A DNA stretch of 24,000 bases from Candidatus Protistibacter heckmannii (GCA_025050535.1 JALBVF010000002.1:1-24000); one strand, 5' to 3'; shown: positions 1-9,235, numbered from the stretch's first letter. Numbers and translations are program-made. Notes: generated from the sequence alone by a model not told the origin.

Positions 1-190
1 CTACAGCCCGGAGCTCAATCCGGATGAGCGACTCAACGCCGACCTGAAACATGTCATCAGAACACGAGTCCCCGTCAGAACAAAGGCCAAATTACACGCC
101 GCAGCAAAGAACCACATGGCGTTCATCGAAACCCATTCCGAACGCGTGAAATCCTACTTCCAGGATCCCCGCGTCAAATACGCCGCATGA
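1..190 (+). CDS. IS630-family DDE transposase, C-terminal fragment (5' part lies outside the window)
   Basis: Frame starting at nt 2 translates to YSPELNPDERLNADLKHVIRTRVPVRTKAKLHAAAKNHMAFIETHSERVKSYFQDPRVKYAA*. The YSPELNP-DE block carrying the last catalytic acidic residue is characteristic of IS630/Tc1-mariner transposases. Stop TGA at 188-190. Confidence 0.8.
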   Translation, partial: YSPELNPDERLNADLKHVIRTRVPVRTKAKLHAAAKNHMAFIETHSERVKSYFQDPRVKYAA

Positions 191-262
191 AAACTTCTTC
201 CTGCCGGATCAATAAGTATTCTCCGGTTTCGCGATTTCTAACATATTAAATAATTGACCCAT
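1..262 (+). mobile_element. Right-hand end of an IS630-family insertion sequence; outer boundary only approximate
   Basis: The transposase 3' end is followed by an AT-rich tail (about 205-262) that contrasts with the GC-rich flank. The other IS end is not in the window, so the terminal inverted repeat and TA target duplication cannot be defined. Confidence 0.4.
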
Positions 263-423
263 CCGCTGGAATGACTGGCCTTTTCCGGCAGTGCGGCATA
301 GGGCTAACCCGGTTGCCGGGGTGCGGCCCGGTTTCTACACTGCGCGCATTAACCGACCGGGTGATCGGTGAATTGGCCGGCGCTTCGCCGGCAGTCCACA
401 GAACACTGAGCAGGAGACTGAGC

Positions 424-1591
424 ATGTTGAGAGAGAAGTTTTCCCGGCTGGCGCTGGGTTTGGCCGCCATCGGCATGATGGCGGCCTCGGGCGCCGCCCA
501 GGCGCAGATCAAGGTGGGCGTGACAGTGTTCGCCACCGGCCCCGCGGCCTCGCTGGGCATCCCTGAAAAGAATTCGATTTCCCTGCTTGCCCAAGACCAT
601 CGGCGGCAAGTCGGTGGAGTACATCGTGCTGGACGACGCGTCCGACACGACCACCGCCGTCAAGAACAGCTGCAAGCTGATTTCCGAGGACAAGGTCGAC
701 GTGATCATCAGCTCCTCGGTGACGCCCAACGCGCAGGCCATGATCGGCGCCGAAGCCGAGACGCCGATCATCACCCTGCCCGCATCGGCCCGCATCATCG
801 AGCCGATGGACGCCAAGCGCCACTGGATGTTCAAGGTTCCACAGAACGATTCGCTGATGGCCTCGGCGATCGCCTCGCACATGGCGGACAATAGAGTGAA
901 GACTGTGGCCTTCATCGGCTTCAACGACGCCTACGGCCAGGGCTGGGTGGAAGAGTTCGCCAAGTTCGCCGCGATCAAGAAGATCACCATCGTCGCCAAC
1001 GAGCGCTTCACCCGCACCGACGCCTCGGTGACCGGCCAGGTCCTGAAGATGATGGGCGCCAACCCCGACGCGGTTCTGATCGCCGGCTCCGGCACCCCGG
1101 CCGCACTGCCGACCAAGACGCTCAAGGAACGCGGCTACAAGAGCAAGATGTATCAGAGACCCACGTCGTCGCCAACAACGACTTCCTGCGCGTCTACAGC
1201 AAAGACTGCGAAGGCACGATGCTTCCCGCCGGCCCGCTGTTCGTGGCCGACCAGCTACCCGACAGCAACCCGGTGAAGAAGTCCGCGCTGGCCTACAAGG
1301 CCGCCTATGAGAAGGCCTACGGCGCGGGCAGCGTCGCGACCTTCGGCGGCCACGCCTGGGACGCTGGCCAGCTACTGGCCGCCACCGCCCCGACCGCGCT
1401 CAAGCGCGCTCAGCCCGGCACGGTGGAATTCCGCCGCGCCCTGCGCGAAGCCTTTGAAGCCACCAAAAACCTGGCGGTCTCGCACGGCATCATCAACATG
1501 AGCCAGCAGGACCACCTGGGCTTCGATCAGCGCTCAGCGCGTGATAGTCGAGATCAAGGATGAAAAGTGGAAGTACGCGGTCACGAACTGA
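424..1591 (+). pseudogene. Leu/Ile/Val-type ABC transporter periplasmic substrate-binding protein (LivK/LivJ-like), disrupted by three frameshifts
   Basis: SD aggaga at 411-416 and ATG at 424. Signal peptide MLREKFSRLALGLAAIGMMAASGAAQAQ. Family-typical sequence continues across three reading frames (ORFs 271-894, 587-1276, 1219-1563, then VIVEIKDEKWKYAVTN* ending TGA 1589-1591). Frame changes at about 589, at 1157-1158 (extra ag) and at about 1540. Confidence 0.85.
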
Positions 1592-1644
1592 CCGGACGTC
1601 AGACTGACAGCCGATTTAATTATAAACCATAATTAATTAGACAG

Positions 1645-1678
1645 GCGCGAGTGTTTATCATGACGCTCGCGCTTTTTT
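1645..1678 (+). terminator. Rho-independent terminator or attenuator downstream of the binding-protein gene
   Basis: 9-bp stem gcgcgagtg (1645-1653) / cgctcgcgc (1664-1672) including one G-U pair, 10-nt loop, then tttttt at 1673-1678. Confidence 0.7.
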
Positions 1679-1690
1679 CAGGTCTGAGCT

Positions 1691-2687
1691 ATGGATTTGT
1701 CTATCTCAGCCATTCTGTCTCAGGATGGAATCACCACCGGCGCCATCTATGCCCTGCTGTCCCTGGCGCTGGTGTTTTCCGTCACCCGGGTGATCTTTAT
1801 TCCCCAGGGCGAGTTCGTCGCCTTCGGCGCGCTGACCATGGCGACGCTGCAGGCGTAGACGTTTCCGCTGACCGCGGTGCTGCTGCCGATCATGGGCCTC
1901 GCCTGCTTCGCCACCGAGGCGTATGCCGTGGCGCGCGGCCACCGCTCGCGTCCGGGCAAGGTGCTGTCCCGCGCCTTCGTGCGCTATGTGCTTCTGCCGG
2001 GGCTGGTCTGCGTGGTGTCGCTGTGGGGCGCCGACAAGAGCATCGGCATGCTCGGCCAGCTGGCGCTGACGCTGGCGATCGTGATCCCGCTCGGTCCACT
2101 GACCTACCTCCTCGTGTATCAGCCGCTGGCCAACGCCGCGGTGCTGGTGCTGCTGATCGTGTCGGTGGGCGTGCACTTTGCGCTGGTTGGCCTGGGCCTG
2201 GCGATCTTCGGCGCGGAAGGCCAGCGCACGGCGGCCTTCACCGACGCGCGCTTCGACATCGGCTCGCTGGCGATCTCGGGCCAGAGCATCGTCGAGGTGC
2301 TGGTGTCAGTGGTGCTGATCGGGCTGCTGTATCTGTATTTCGAGCGCTCGCTCTCGAGCAAGGCGCTGCGGGCCACCGCGGTGAACCGCCTGGGCGCACG
2401 CCTGGTGGGCATCGGCACGACGCAGGCCCGGCAGCCTGGCCTTCACGCTGGCGGCCGCCATGGGCACGCTGTGCGGCATCCTGATCGGCCTCAATGGCTT
2501 CGTGGGCGCGATCATCGGTGGGCTGGTGAGCTATCCGCTGGCCGCCGCCGGCGCGCTGCTCGTGGGTCTGCTCGAGCGCTACGCCTCGTTCTGGGCCAGC
2601 GCCTTCAAGGAGGTAATTGTGCTCACGCTGATTATCCCCGTGTTGCTGTGGCGTTCGCTGACCAGCACCCACGTCGACGAAGAATAA
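1691..2687 (+). pseudogene. Branched-chain amino acid ABC transporter permease (LivH-like), disrupted
   Basis: ATG at 1691 ([28 protein letters not shown]...). In-frame TAG at 1856-1858. Extra C in the ccc run at 2427-2429 shifts the frame into ORF 2460-2687 (..LAFTLAAAMGTLCGILIGLNGFVGAIIGGL..), ending TAA 2685-2687. The segment normally found between the GxL and IGLKGF motifs looks shorter than I remember for the family, suggesting a possible in-frame deletion. Confidence 0.8.
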
Positions 2688-2697
2688 GGGGCGAGGC

Positions 2698-4482
2698 ATG
2701 AAGCTGGGTTTCAACAAGATTGCGTTTGTCCTCTTCCTCGCCGTGCTGGTGGCGCTGCCGCTGCTGCCCACGCCGGAGTTCTGGATCACGCTGGCCAACT
2801 ACATCGGCCTGTACGCCATCGTCGCGCTCGGCCTGGTGCTGCTGACCGGCATCGGCGGCATGACTTCCTTCGGCTAGACGGCCTTCGTCGACCTGGGCTC
2901 CTACACCTCGGCCTATCTGACGCTGCAGTACTGCGTCTCGCCCTGGCTCACGGTGTTCGCCAGTCTGGCGATCACGGGTCTGGCGGCGCTGGCGATCGGC
3001 TCGATCACGATGCGCCTCTCAGGCCACTATCTGCCACTGGGCACGATCGCCTGGAGTCTGTCGCTGTTCTTCCTGTTCGGCAATCTGGAGTTCCTGGGCA
3101 AGTACGACGGCCTGAACGGAATCGCGCCGCTTTCGCTCTTCGGCTTTTCGCTCTCGGACGGCCGCGAGATGTATTACCTGATCTGGGCGGTGGTGCTGCT
3201 GGCGCTGGTGGCCTTGACCAATCTGCTCGACTCGCGGCCCGGCCGCGCGCTCAAGGGCGGCGGCGTGATGGCCGAGGTGATGAGCGTGAACACGGTGTGG
3301 ATGCACGTCGTCGTCTTCGTCTATGCCGCGCTGCTGGCAAGCCTCTCGGGCTGGCTCTACCCGCATCTGCAGCGCGCGGTGAATCCCACGCCCTTCGGCC
3401 TGAACCACGGTATCGAATACCTATTCATGGCGGTGGTCGGCGGCGCGGGCCACGTCTGGGGCGCGCTGCTGGGCTCGGCCCTGCTGACGGTGCTCAAGGA
3501 CGTGCTGCAAAGCGTGCTGCCCAAGCTGCTCGGTGCCAACGGCAACTTCGAGGTCATCGTCTTCGGCGTGATGATGGTGCTGCTGCTGCAATATGCGAGC
3601 GACGGTCTGTGGCCGCTGCTGCGCAAGTTCTTCCCGGCCGCCGCGGGCACGGACGACAAGCCGCTGTCCAAGCGCGCCAAGCCCGCGCGAGGCAGCCTGG
3701 TGCTCGAGGTGGACAAGGTATGCAATGAATTCGGCGGCCTGGTGGCGGTGAACGACATCAGCTTCAAGCTGCACGCCGGCGAGATCGTCGGCCTGATCGG
3801 CCCCAACGGCGCGGGCAAGTCCACCACCTTCAATCTGGTCACCGGCCTGCTGCCCGCAACCTCGGGCGAGGTGAAGTATCTGGGCCGCAGCATCTCCGGC
3901 CTGCCTTCGCGCACCATCGTCAGCATTGGCCTGGCGCGCACCTTCCAGCACGTGTAGATCCTGCCGACGATGAGCACGCTGGAGAAAGTCGCTATCGGCG
4001 CGCATCTGCGCACGGCTGAGGGCCAGGGCGGCGGGTTTGGCAAGAGCGGCGGCAGCGTGTTCACCAGCTCGCTGCGCCTGGACCGCGTGGACGAAGCGCG
4101 TCTGCTGCGCGAAGCGGCCTTCCAGCTCGAGCGCGTTGGCCTGGGCGAGCTGATTCACGTCGATGCCGGCAGCCTGGCCCTGGGCCAGCAGCGCATCCTC
4201 GAAATCGCCCGCACCTTGTGTGCCGACCCCGCGCTGATACTCCTGGGTGAGCCCGCCGCGGGTCTGCGCTACAAGGAGAAGAAGGCGCTCACCGAGCTGC
4301 TAGCAAGCTGTGCGGCGAGAGCGTGAGCGTGCTGCTCGTGGAACACGACATGGATTTTGTGATGAACCTGACCGACCGGCTGGTGGTGATGGAATTCGGT
4401 ACGAAGATCGCCGAGGCTGCCTGCTTAAGTGCAAAACGACCCGGCGGTGCTCGAAGCCTATCTGGGTGGAGTGGACGACTGA
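2698..4482 (+). pseudogene. Fused LivM-like permease / LivG-like ATPase of a branched-chain amino acid ABC transporter, disrupted
   Basis: ATG at 2698. Permease sequence runs without a stop into an ABC ATPase (Walker [19 protein letters not shown], ..[13 protein letters not shown]). Lesions: TAG 2875-2877 (in SFG*TAF, where Q is expected), TAG 3955-3957, 1-nt loss near 4300-4304, frameshift at 4416 (gag-g-ctg), TAA 4426-4428 (LPA*VQNDP, where E is expected). Natural stop TGA 4480-4482. Confidence 0.85.
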
Positions 4483-4483
4483 C

Positions 4484-5237
4484 ATGGCAACGATTCTCGA
4501 AGTCGACAACCTGCATGTGGGCTACGGCAAGGTCGAAGTCCTGCACGGCGCCAGAATCAAGATGGATGAGGGCAGCATCGTCACGGTGATCGGCCCCAAC
4601 GGCGCGCGGGCAAGTCCACGCTGCTCAACGCTCTGATGGGCGCGCTGCCGGTGACGGGCGTGGTCAGCCACGGCAACCTCGCGCAGAAGGCCGGCGGCGG
4701 CATCCGCTTCCAGGGCCTCGACGCCGATGAGTGCGTGGCGCAGGGCATGTGCCTCGTGCCGGAAAAGCGCGAGCTCTTCGCCTCGATGAGCGTGGAGGAC
4801 AATCTGCAGCTCGGCGCCGGGCGCCGCAAGAAGGCTGGCGAGCGCAACTACATGGACCAGCTCGACGTGGTCTATCAGATCTCCCGCACCTGAAAGAACG
4901 CGCGGTGCAGGTGGTGGGCACGCTCTCGGGCGGCGAGCGCCAGATGCTGGCCGTGGGCCGCGCGCTGATGGCCAAGCCGAAGCTGCTGATGCTCGACGAG
5001 CCCAGCCTGGGCCTGGCACCGTTGATCACCAAGGAAATCTTCCACATCATCTCGGGCATGCGCGACATCGGCGTGTCCACGCTGCTGATCGAGCAGAACG
5101 CCCGCGCCGCTCTGCACGTCGCCGACACCGGCTACGTGCTGGAGACCGGCGAACTCGTGCTCGATGGCAAGGCCTCGGATCTGGCGAGCAATCCGCTTGT
5201 GATCGAGTCCTACCTGGGTCTGACCAAGGGGCATTGA
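4484..5237 (+). pseudogene. Branched-chain amino acid ABC transporter ATP-binding protein (LivF-like), disrupted by two frameshifts
   Basis: ATG at 4484 ([20 protein letters not shown]). Walker A is broken by an extra cg at 4607-4608 (GPNGA-cg-GKSTLLNAL). One nt is missing at 4882-4883 (expected ttc of ..IFPHLKER). LSGGERQML signature, Walker B LLMLDEPS, stop TGA 5235-5237. Confidence 0.85.
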
Positions 5238-5323
5238 CCGATCGGGGGCGGCTGGACCTTCCCGCCGCCGTCCGCCTGGGCGCCACCTGTCCGTGACACG
5301 CCCTTTCTCGTTCGCCAGGAGAA

Positions 5324-6292
5324 CTAAACCTCCTTTCTCTTGCAATCCGGCGCGGCGGCCGCGAAGTAGTCCTGCATGTAGTGGATGTTCTTCACCGAAT
5401 ATCAGCCGCAGCTCTTGCGCGTGCCCGACAGCAGGTCGGGCACGCGCATGAAGGTCTCGCAGAACCATCCCCGGCCCCACATGATTTCCGCGTCTTCATG
5501 GACTGCGCCGCAGAGGTGGCTGATTTTTTGGTGGATGGTGCCCTTGTTGGCGATGGCGATCGCCGAGCGGTTGCAGACCGAGGCGATGCCGTTGGCCGTG
5601 GTGAAGCGGGACGTCGCCGCCATCGGGTGGAAGCGCAGCTCGCCGGCGATGAGCGGCATCGCGTGTTTGACGAGGACCACGAATTTCTCGTTCTTGGTCT
5701 GCCAGCGGGCGGTCTGCGGATCCTGGCTCAGGTGGAAGCGGTCGTTGATCTTGGCCGCCCAGGCGTCTCTGGCTTGCGCCGCCGTGTGGTGAGCCCGGTA
5801 GTCGAATTCCGTTAGGCCGGACTGGTTCTCGGCGAGCTCCAGGCGGACCGAATCGAAATGCGCACCGAAGAAGGTCCGGAAGTTGGCGAGCCATCCATCG
5901 AGGAGCTGGGTTTCGACCTATTTTCGGTGGTTCAGGCAGGACTGCATCACGGCCAGGGATGTGGCCTGACGCATGCATTCGGGGATGTAGTAGAGGTCGT
6001 CGTGGAGGAGGACGAGGAGGCAGAATTCTCTCGGGCAGGCGGGGCGGCGATTGAGGTCGGCGCCGATCCGGCGTGATTTCGCGGCCGGAAGAGGCAGGGT
6101 GGGCGCGGGGATGTCCGAGGCCTTCGGCGGGCGCCTGGCATGGCGTTTTTTGTGGGCGGGGTGTCCGGCCGTGGCCTGCGGGCCGGCATGTTCCACCACG
6201 GCCCGCGCGGGCATGGTGAGGTGGACTGGAGCTTGGGCTGGCAGGAGCGGCAGAATGGCGTTGCTGGTGAAGGCAAGGGGATGAAGCGGCAT
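5324..6292 (-). pseudogene. Hypothetical protein of unknown family (about 322 codons) with two in-frame stops
   Basis: ATG at 6292-6290 with GGAGGA (complement of 6301-6306) 8 nt upstream. A single frame with high GC3 runs from 6292 to TAG at 5326-5324. It is interrupted by TAG (complement of 5918-5920) and TGA (complement of 5402-5404, ..SCG*YSVKNIHYMQDYF.., where W is plausible). I recognise no family. Confidence 0.55.
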
Positions 6293-6450
6293 GGTGGATT
6301 TCCTCCGGTGTGTGTTTGGAGGGGTGGGGAGTGTGGTGGGGGGGCTGAGTTGCCTTACGCATGGGTGGAGTTCGGCTGTCAGACTGACGAGACAGGCTGA
6401 CGAGGCGGGCAGACTGAACCGGTCGGGCCGAAACCTCGGGCCGGGCTGTC

Positions 6451-6466
6451 TGTTTCACGTGAAACA
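6451..6466. promoter_or_regulatory. parS: parS centromere-like site, perfect 16-bp palindrome TGTTTCACGTGAAACA
   Basis: Exact match to the universal chromosomal parS consensus bound by ParB/Spo0J. It lies about 70 bp upstream of mnmG, about 3 kb upstream of parAB, and directly abuts the putative -35 of mnmG. Confidence 0.9.
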
Positions 6467-6469
6467 TGC

Positions 6470-6499
6470 TTGGGGCAAAACCTGCAATGCCGATATAAT
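6470..6499 (+). promoter_or_regulatory. Putative sigma70 promoter of mnmG-rsmG
   Basis: TATAAT at 6494-6499 and TTGGGG at 6470-6475 with an 18-nt spacer. Sequence-only prediction. Confidence 0.35.
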
Positions 6500-6534
6500 C
6501 GCGCCTTCATTCCATTCCTCCCTTGGGGTTTGCG

Positions 6535-8451
6535 GTGCTTTTTCCGACCGAATTCGATGTGATCGTGGTGGGCGGCGGCCATGCCGGCGCCGAGGCCGCC
6601 TTGGCCTCGGCGCGCATGGGAGCCCGCACTCTGCTGTTGACCCACAATATCGAGACCCTGGGGCAGATGAGCTGCAACCCCTCCATCGGCGGCATCGGCA
6701 AGGGCCACCTGGTCAAGGAAATTGACGCCCTCGGCGGGTCCATGGCCGCAGCCACGGACGAGGGCGGCATCCAGTTCCGCATTCTCAATTCCAGCAAGGG
6801 CCCGGCTGTGCGCGCCACCCGCGCCCAGGCGGACCGCGTGCTATACAAGGCCGCCATCCGCCGCCGGCTGGAAAATCAGCCCAATCTCAGGCTGTTCCAG
6901 CAGGCAGTGGACGACTTGATGGTGGAAGGTGGCCGCGTCTGCGGCGCCGTCACGCAGGCCGGCCTGCGTTTCCGCAGTCGCGCGGTGGTGCTGACGGCGG
7001 GGACCTTCCTCGACGGCAAGATCCACGTCGGCTTGAACAACTATGTCGGCGGCCGCGCGGGCGACCCGGCGGCGGTGACGCTGTCGGCCCGGCTCAAGGA
7101 GCTGAAGCTGCCGCAAGGGCGGCTCAAGACCGGCACGCCGCCGCGCCTGGACGGCCGGACCATCAATTTTTCGCTGCTCGAGGAGCAGCCGGGCGACCTG
7201 GACCCGGTGCCGGTGTTCTCCTTCCTGGGCAACGCGAGCCAGCATCCGTGTCAGCTTCCCTGCTGGATCACCCACACCAACAGCCGCACCCACGACATCA
7301 TCCGTGGCGGCCTCGACCGTTCGCCCACGTACACCGGGGTGATCGAAGGGGTGGGGCCGCGCTATTGCCCGTCGATCGAGGACAAGATCCACCGCTTCGC
7401 CGATAAGGAAAGCCACCGGATTTATCTGGAGCCGGAGGGTCTGGACACTCACGAGTTCTACCCGAACGGCATCTCCACCAGTCTGCCTTTCGACGTGCAG
7501 CTGGACCTGGTCCAGAGCATGCGCGGGCTGGAAAACGCCCATATCCTGCGGCCCGGCTATGCCATCGAATACGATTATTTTGACCCGCGCGGCCTGTCCG
7601 CTTCGTTGGAAACCAAGGCGATCGAGAGTCTGTTCTTCGCCGGCCAGATCAACGGCACGACCGGCTACGAAGAGGCCGGCGCCCAGGGCCTGCTGGCTGG
7701 GGCGAACGCCGCGCTCAAGGTTGGCGGCCGTGAGCCTTGGTATCCGGGCCGGGAGCAGACCTACCTCGGCGTGATGGTCGATGATCTGGTCACCCGTGGC
7801 GTGATGGAGCCTTACCGCATGTTCACAAGCCGGGCCGAGTACCGCCTGAGCCTGCGCGAGGACAACGCCGACCTGCGCCTGACCGAGGCCGGCCGCAAGT
7901 TGGGCCTGGTGGACGACGTCCGCTGGGAGGCGTTCTGCCGCAAGCGCGACGCTGTTTCACGTGAAACCGAGCGCCTGAAGTCGACCTGGGTGAACCCGGA
8001 AAGCTTCCCAGCCGAGGCGGCGGAGGCCGCCATCGGCAAAGCGATCGAGCGGGAATACAGCCTTGCCGACCTGCTGCGTCGCCCGAACGTGAAGTACGAG
8101 ATGCTGCTGGAGATGCAGGACGGCGCCCATGCGCCGGCGCTGCCTTTCGACGCCGACCCAGTGCAGGATGCGCAGATCCGCGAGCAGATTGAGATCCAGA
8201 TCAAGTACCAAGGCTATATCGACCGGCAGGCCGACGAGATCGCCCGGCAGGCCGCCCACGAGAAGACGAAGCTGCCGGCCAGCCTGGATTACCTGGAGGT
8301 GCGCGGCCTGTCTAAGGAAGTGCAGCAAAAGCTGAATTCCCATAAGCCGGAAACCCTGGGCCAGGCCTCTCGCATCTCGGGCGTGACCCCGGCGGCAATC
8401 TCCCTGCTGATGGTGCATCTGAAAAAAGGCCTCGGCCACAAGGCCGCCTGA
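6535..8451 (+). CDS. mnmG: tRNA uridine-5-carboxymethylaminomethyl(34) synthesis enzyme MnmG (GidA)
   Basis: (M)[31 protein letters not shown]-binding N-terminus, [28 protein letters not shown]. Uninterrupted ORF to TGA 8449-8451. GTG at 6535 is preferred over TTG at 6523 by comparison with typical MnmG N-termini. Confidence 0.95.
   Translation: MLFPTEFDVIVVGGGHAGAEAALASARMGARTLLLTHNIETLGQMSCNPSIGGIGKGHLVKEIDALGGSMAAATDEGGIQFRILNSSKGPAVRATRAQADRVLYKAAIRRRLENQPNLRLFQQAVDDLMVEGGRVCGAVTQAGLRFRSRAVVLTAGTFLDGKIHVGLNNYVGGRAGDPAAVTLSARLKELKLPQGRLKTGTPPRLDGRTINFSLLEEQPGDLDPVPVFSFLGNASQHPCQLPCWITHTNSRTHDIIRGGLDRSPTYTGVIEGVGPRYCPSIEDKIHRFADKESHRIYLEPEGLDTHEFYPNGISTSLPFDVQLDLVQSMRGLENAHILRPGYAIEYDYFDPRGLSASLETKAIESLFFAGQINGTTGYEEAGAQGLLAGANAALKVGGREPWYPGREQTYLGVMVDDLVTRGVMEPYRMFTSRAEYRLSLREDNADLRLTEAGRKLGLVDDVRWEAFCRKRDAVSRETERLKSTWVNPESFPAEAAEAAIGKAIEREYSLADLLRRPNVKYEMLLEMQDGAHAPALPFDADPVQDAQIREQIEIQIKYQGYIDRQADEIARQAAHEKTKLPASLDYLEVRGLSKEVQQKLNSHKPETLGQASRISGVTPAAISLLMVHLKKGLGHKAA
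7953..7968. promoter_or_regulatory. parS: Second parS site (TGTTTCACGTGAAACc, 15/16) inside the mnmG coding sequence
   Basis: The 14-bp palindromic core GTTTCACGTGAAAC is identical to the site at 6451-6466. It encodes ..AVSRET.. of MnmG. Confidence 0.8.
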
Positions 8452-8452
8452 G

Positions 8453-9235
8453 ATGGGCGCGGATTTGCAGTCCGAATCGCGTTTCGGCCAGCCCGCCGGC
8501 GTGGCCGTCGAGGCTTCTGCGCATGCCGGGCCCGCTCTCGTGGCGGACCCCGCGGACGACCCCGCTGCCGCGCTCGCCGAGGGTCTGGAACGGATCGGCC
8601 TGGTCTTGAGCGCCCAGCAGCAGACCCGGCTGCTCGACTATCTGCGGCTTCTCCAGAAGTGGAACAAGGTCTACAACCTGACTGCAGTGCGCGAGCCGGG
8701 GCAGATGCTGGTTCGCCATGTGCTGGACTCGCTCGCGGCGCTGCCGCCGGTGCGCGCGCGCATGGCCGGTCTGCAGCAGACCCTGGCGGGGCTGCGCGGC
8801 GGACGCCGGCCGAGCGTGGCCGACGTGGGCACGGGCGGCGGACTGCCCGGCATCCCCTGGGCGATCGCCTGCCCGGAATGGAATCTGACGCTGATCGACA
8901 CCGCGCAGAAGAAGACAGCCTTTCTGATCCAAGTGAAGGCGGCGCTGCAGCTAGAAAACGTGACGGTGCACGCGGGCCGGATGGAGTCTCTGCAGGTGGC
9001 TGGCGACGGCTACGACATGGTGACCAGCCGGGCTTTCGCTGAGCTGGCCGACATGGTGGCGCTGGCCGGGCATCTGCTCGCGGCCGGCGGCGTGATGGCC
9101 GCGCTCAAGGCGCGCGAGCCGCAGGTGGAAATCGGGCGTCTGCCCACAGGTTGGGATGCGCGGGGCGTGGAAGCCCTGGCGGTGCCGGGGCTGGAGGAGG
9201 AGCGCAATCTGGTCTGGGTGGGAAGGGCGGCCTGA
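8453..9235 (+). CDS. rsmG: 16S rRNA (guanine527-N7)-methyltransferase RsmG (GidB)
   Basis: LLQKWNKVYNLTAVREP and SAM motif DVGTGGGLPGIPWAI. The start is tightly coupled to the mnmG stop (tgagATG). The N-terminus is about 40 aa longer than the shortest family members. Confidence 0.92.
   Translation: MGADLQSESRFGQPAGVAVEASAHAGPALVADPADDPAAALAEGLERIGLVLSAQQQTRLLDYLRLLQKWNKVYNLTAVREPGQMLVRHVLDSLAALPPVRARMAGLQQTLAGLRGGRRPSVADVGTGGGLPGIPWAIACPEWNLTLIDTAQKKTAFLIQVKAALQLENVTVHAGRMESLQVAGDGYDMVTSRAFAELADMVALAGHLLAAGGVMAALKAREPQVEIGRLPTGWDARGVEALAVPGLEEERNLVWVGRAA

Noticed and set aside
424-5237. Frameshifts as sequencing or assembly errors rather than biology
   Set aside because: Not excluded without reads, but judged unlikely. 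Errors would not be confined to about 6 kb while 17 kb of neighbouring genes are perfect. Only one indel lies in a homopolymer. Base-substitution stops accompany the indels.
1856-5920. Four of the six premature stops are TAG, three of them in the context G-TAG-A. I considered amber suppression, stop-codon reassignment or programmed readthrough
   Set aside because: The same genes also carry eight frameshifts plus one TAA (4426) and one TGA (5402), so readthrough could not rescue them. CAG to TAG by C-to-T transition is the most likely nonsense route in a GC-rich genome. The hypothetical gene itself appears to terminate with TAG (5324-5326).
6318-6344. G-rich tract (ggagggg-t-gggg-agtgtggt-ggggggg) with G-quadruplex potential in the leader of the minus-strand hypothetical gene
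   Set aside because: One loop would be 8 nt and the last two G-runs must be split from a single run. The tract is explained more simply as the complement of the C-rich leader and SD region. There is no independent support.
1598-6388. Repeated palindromic 11-mer GTCAGACTGAC at 1598-1608 and 6378-6388 (with cagactga again near 6410)
   Set aside because: Two copies of an 11-mer plus a partial copy is weak evidence. The sites have no consistent position relative to genes, and chance recurrence of short GC-balanced words in 48 kb of two-strand sequence is plausible.
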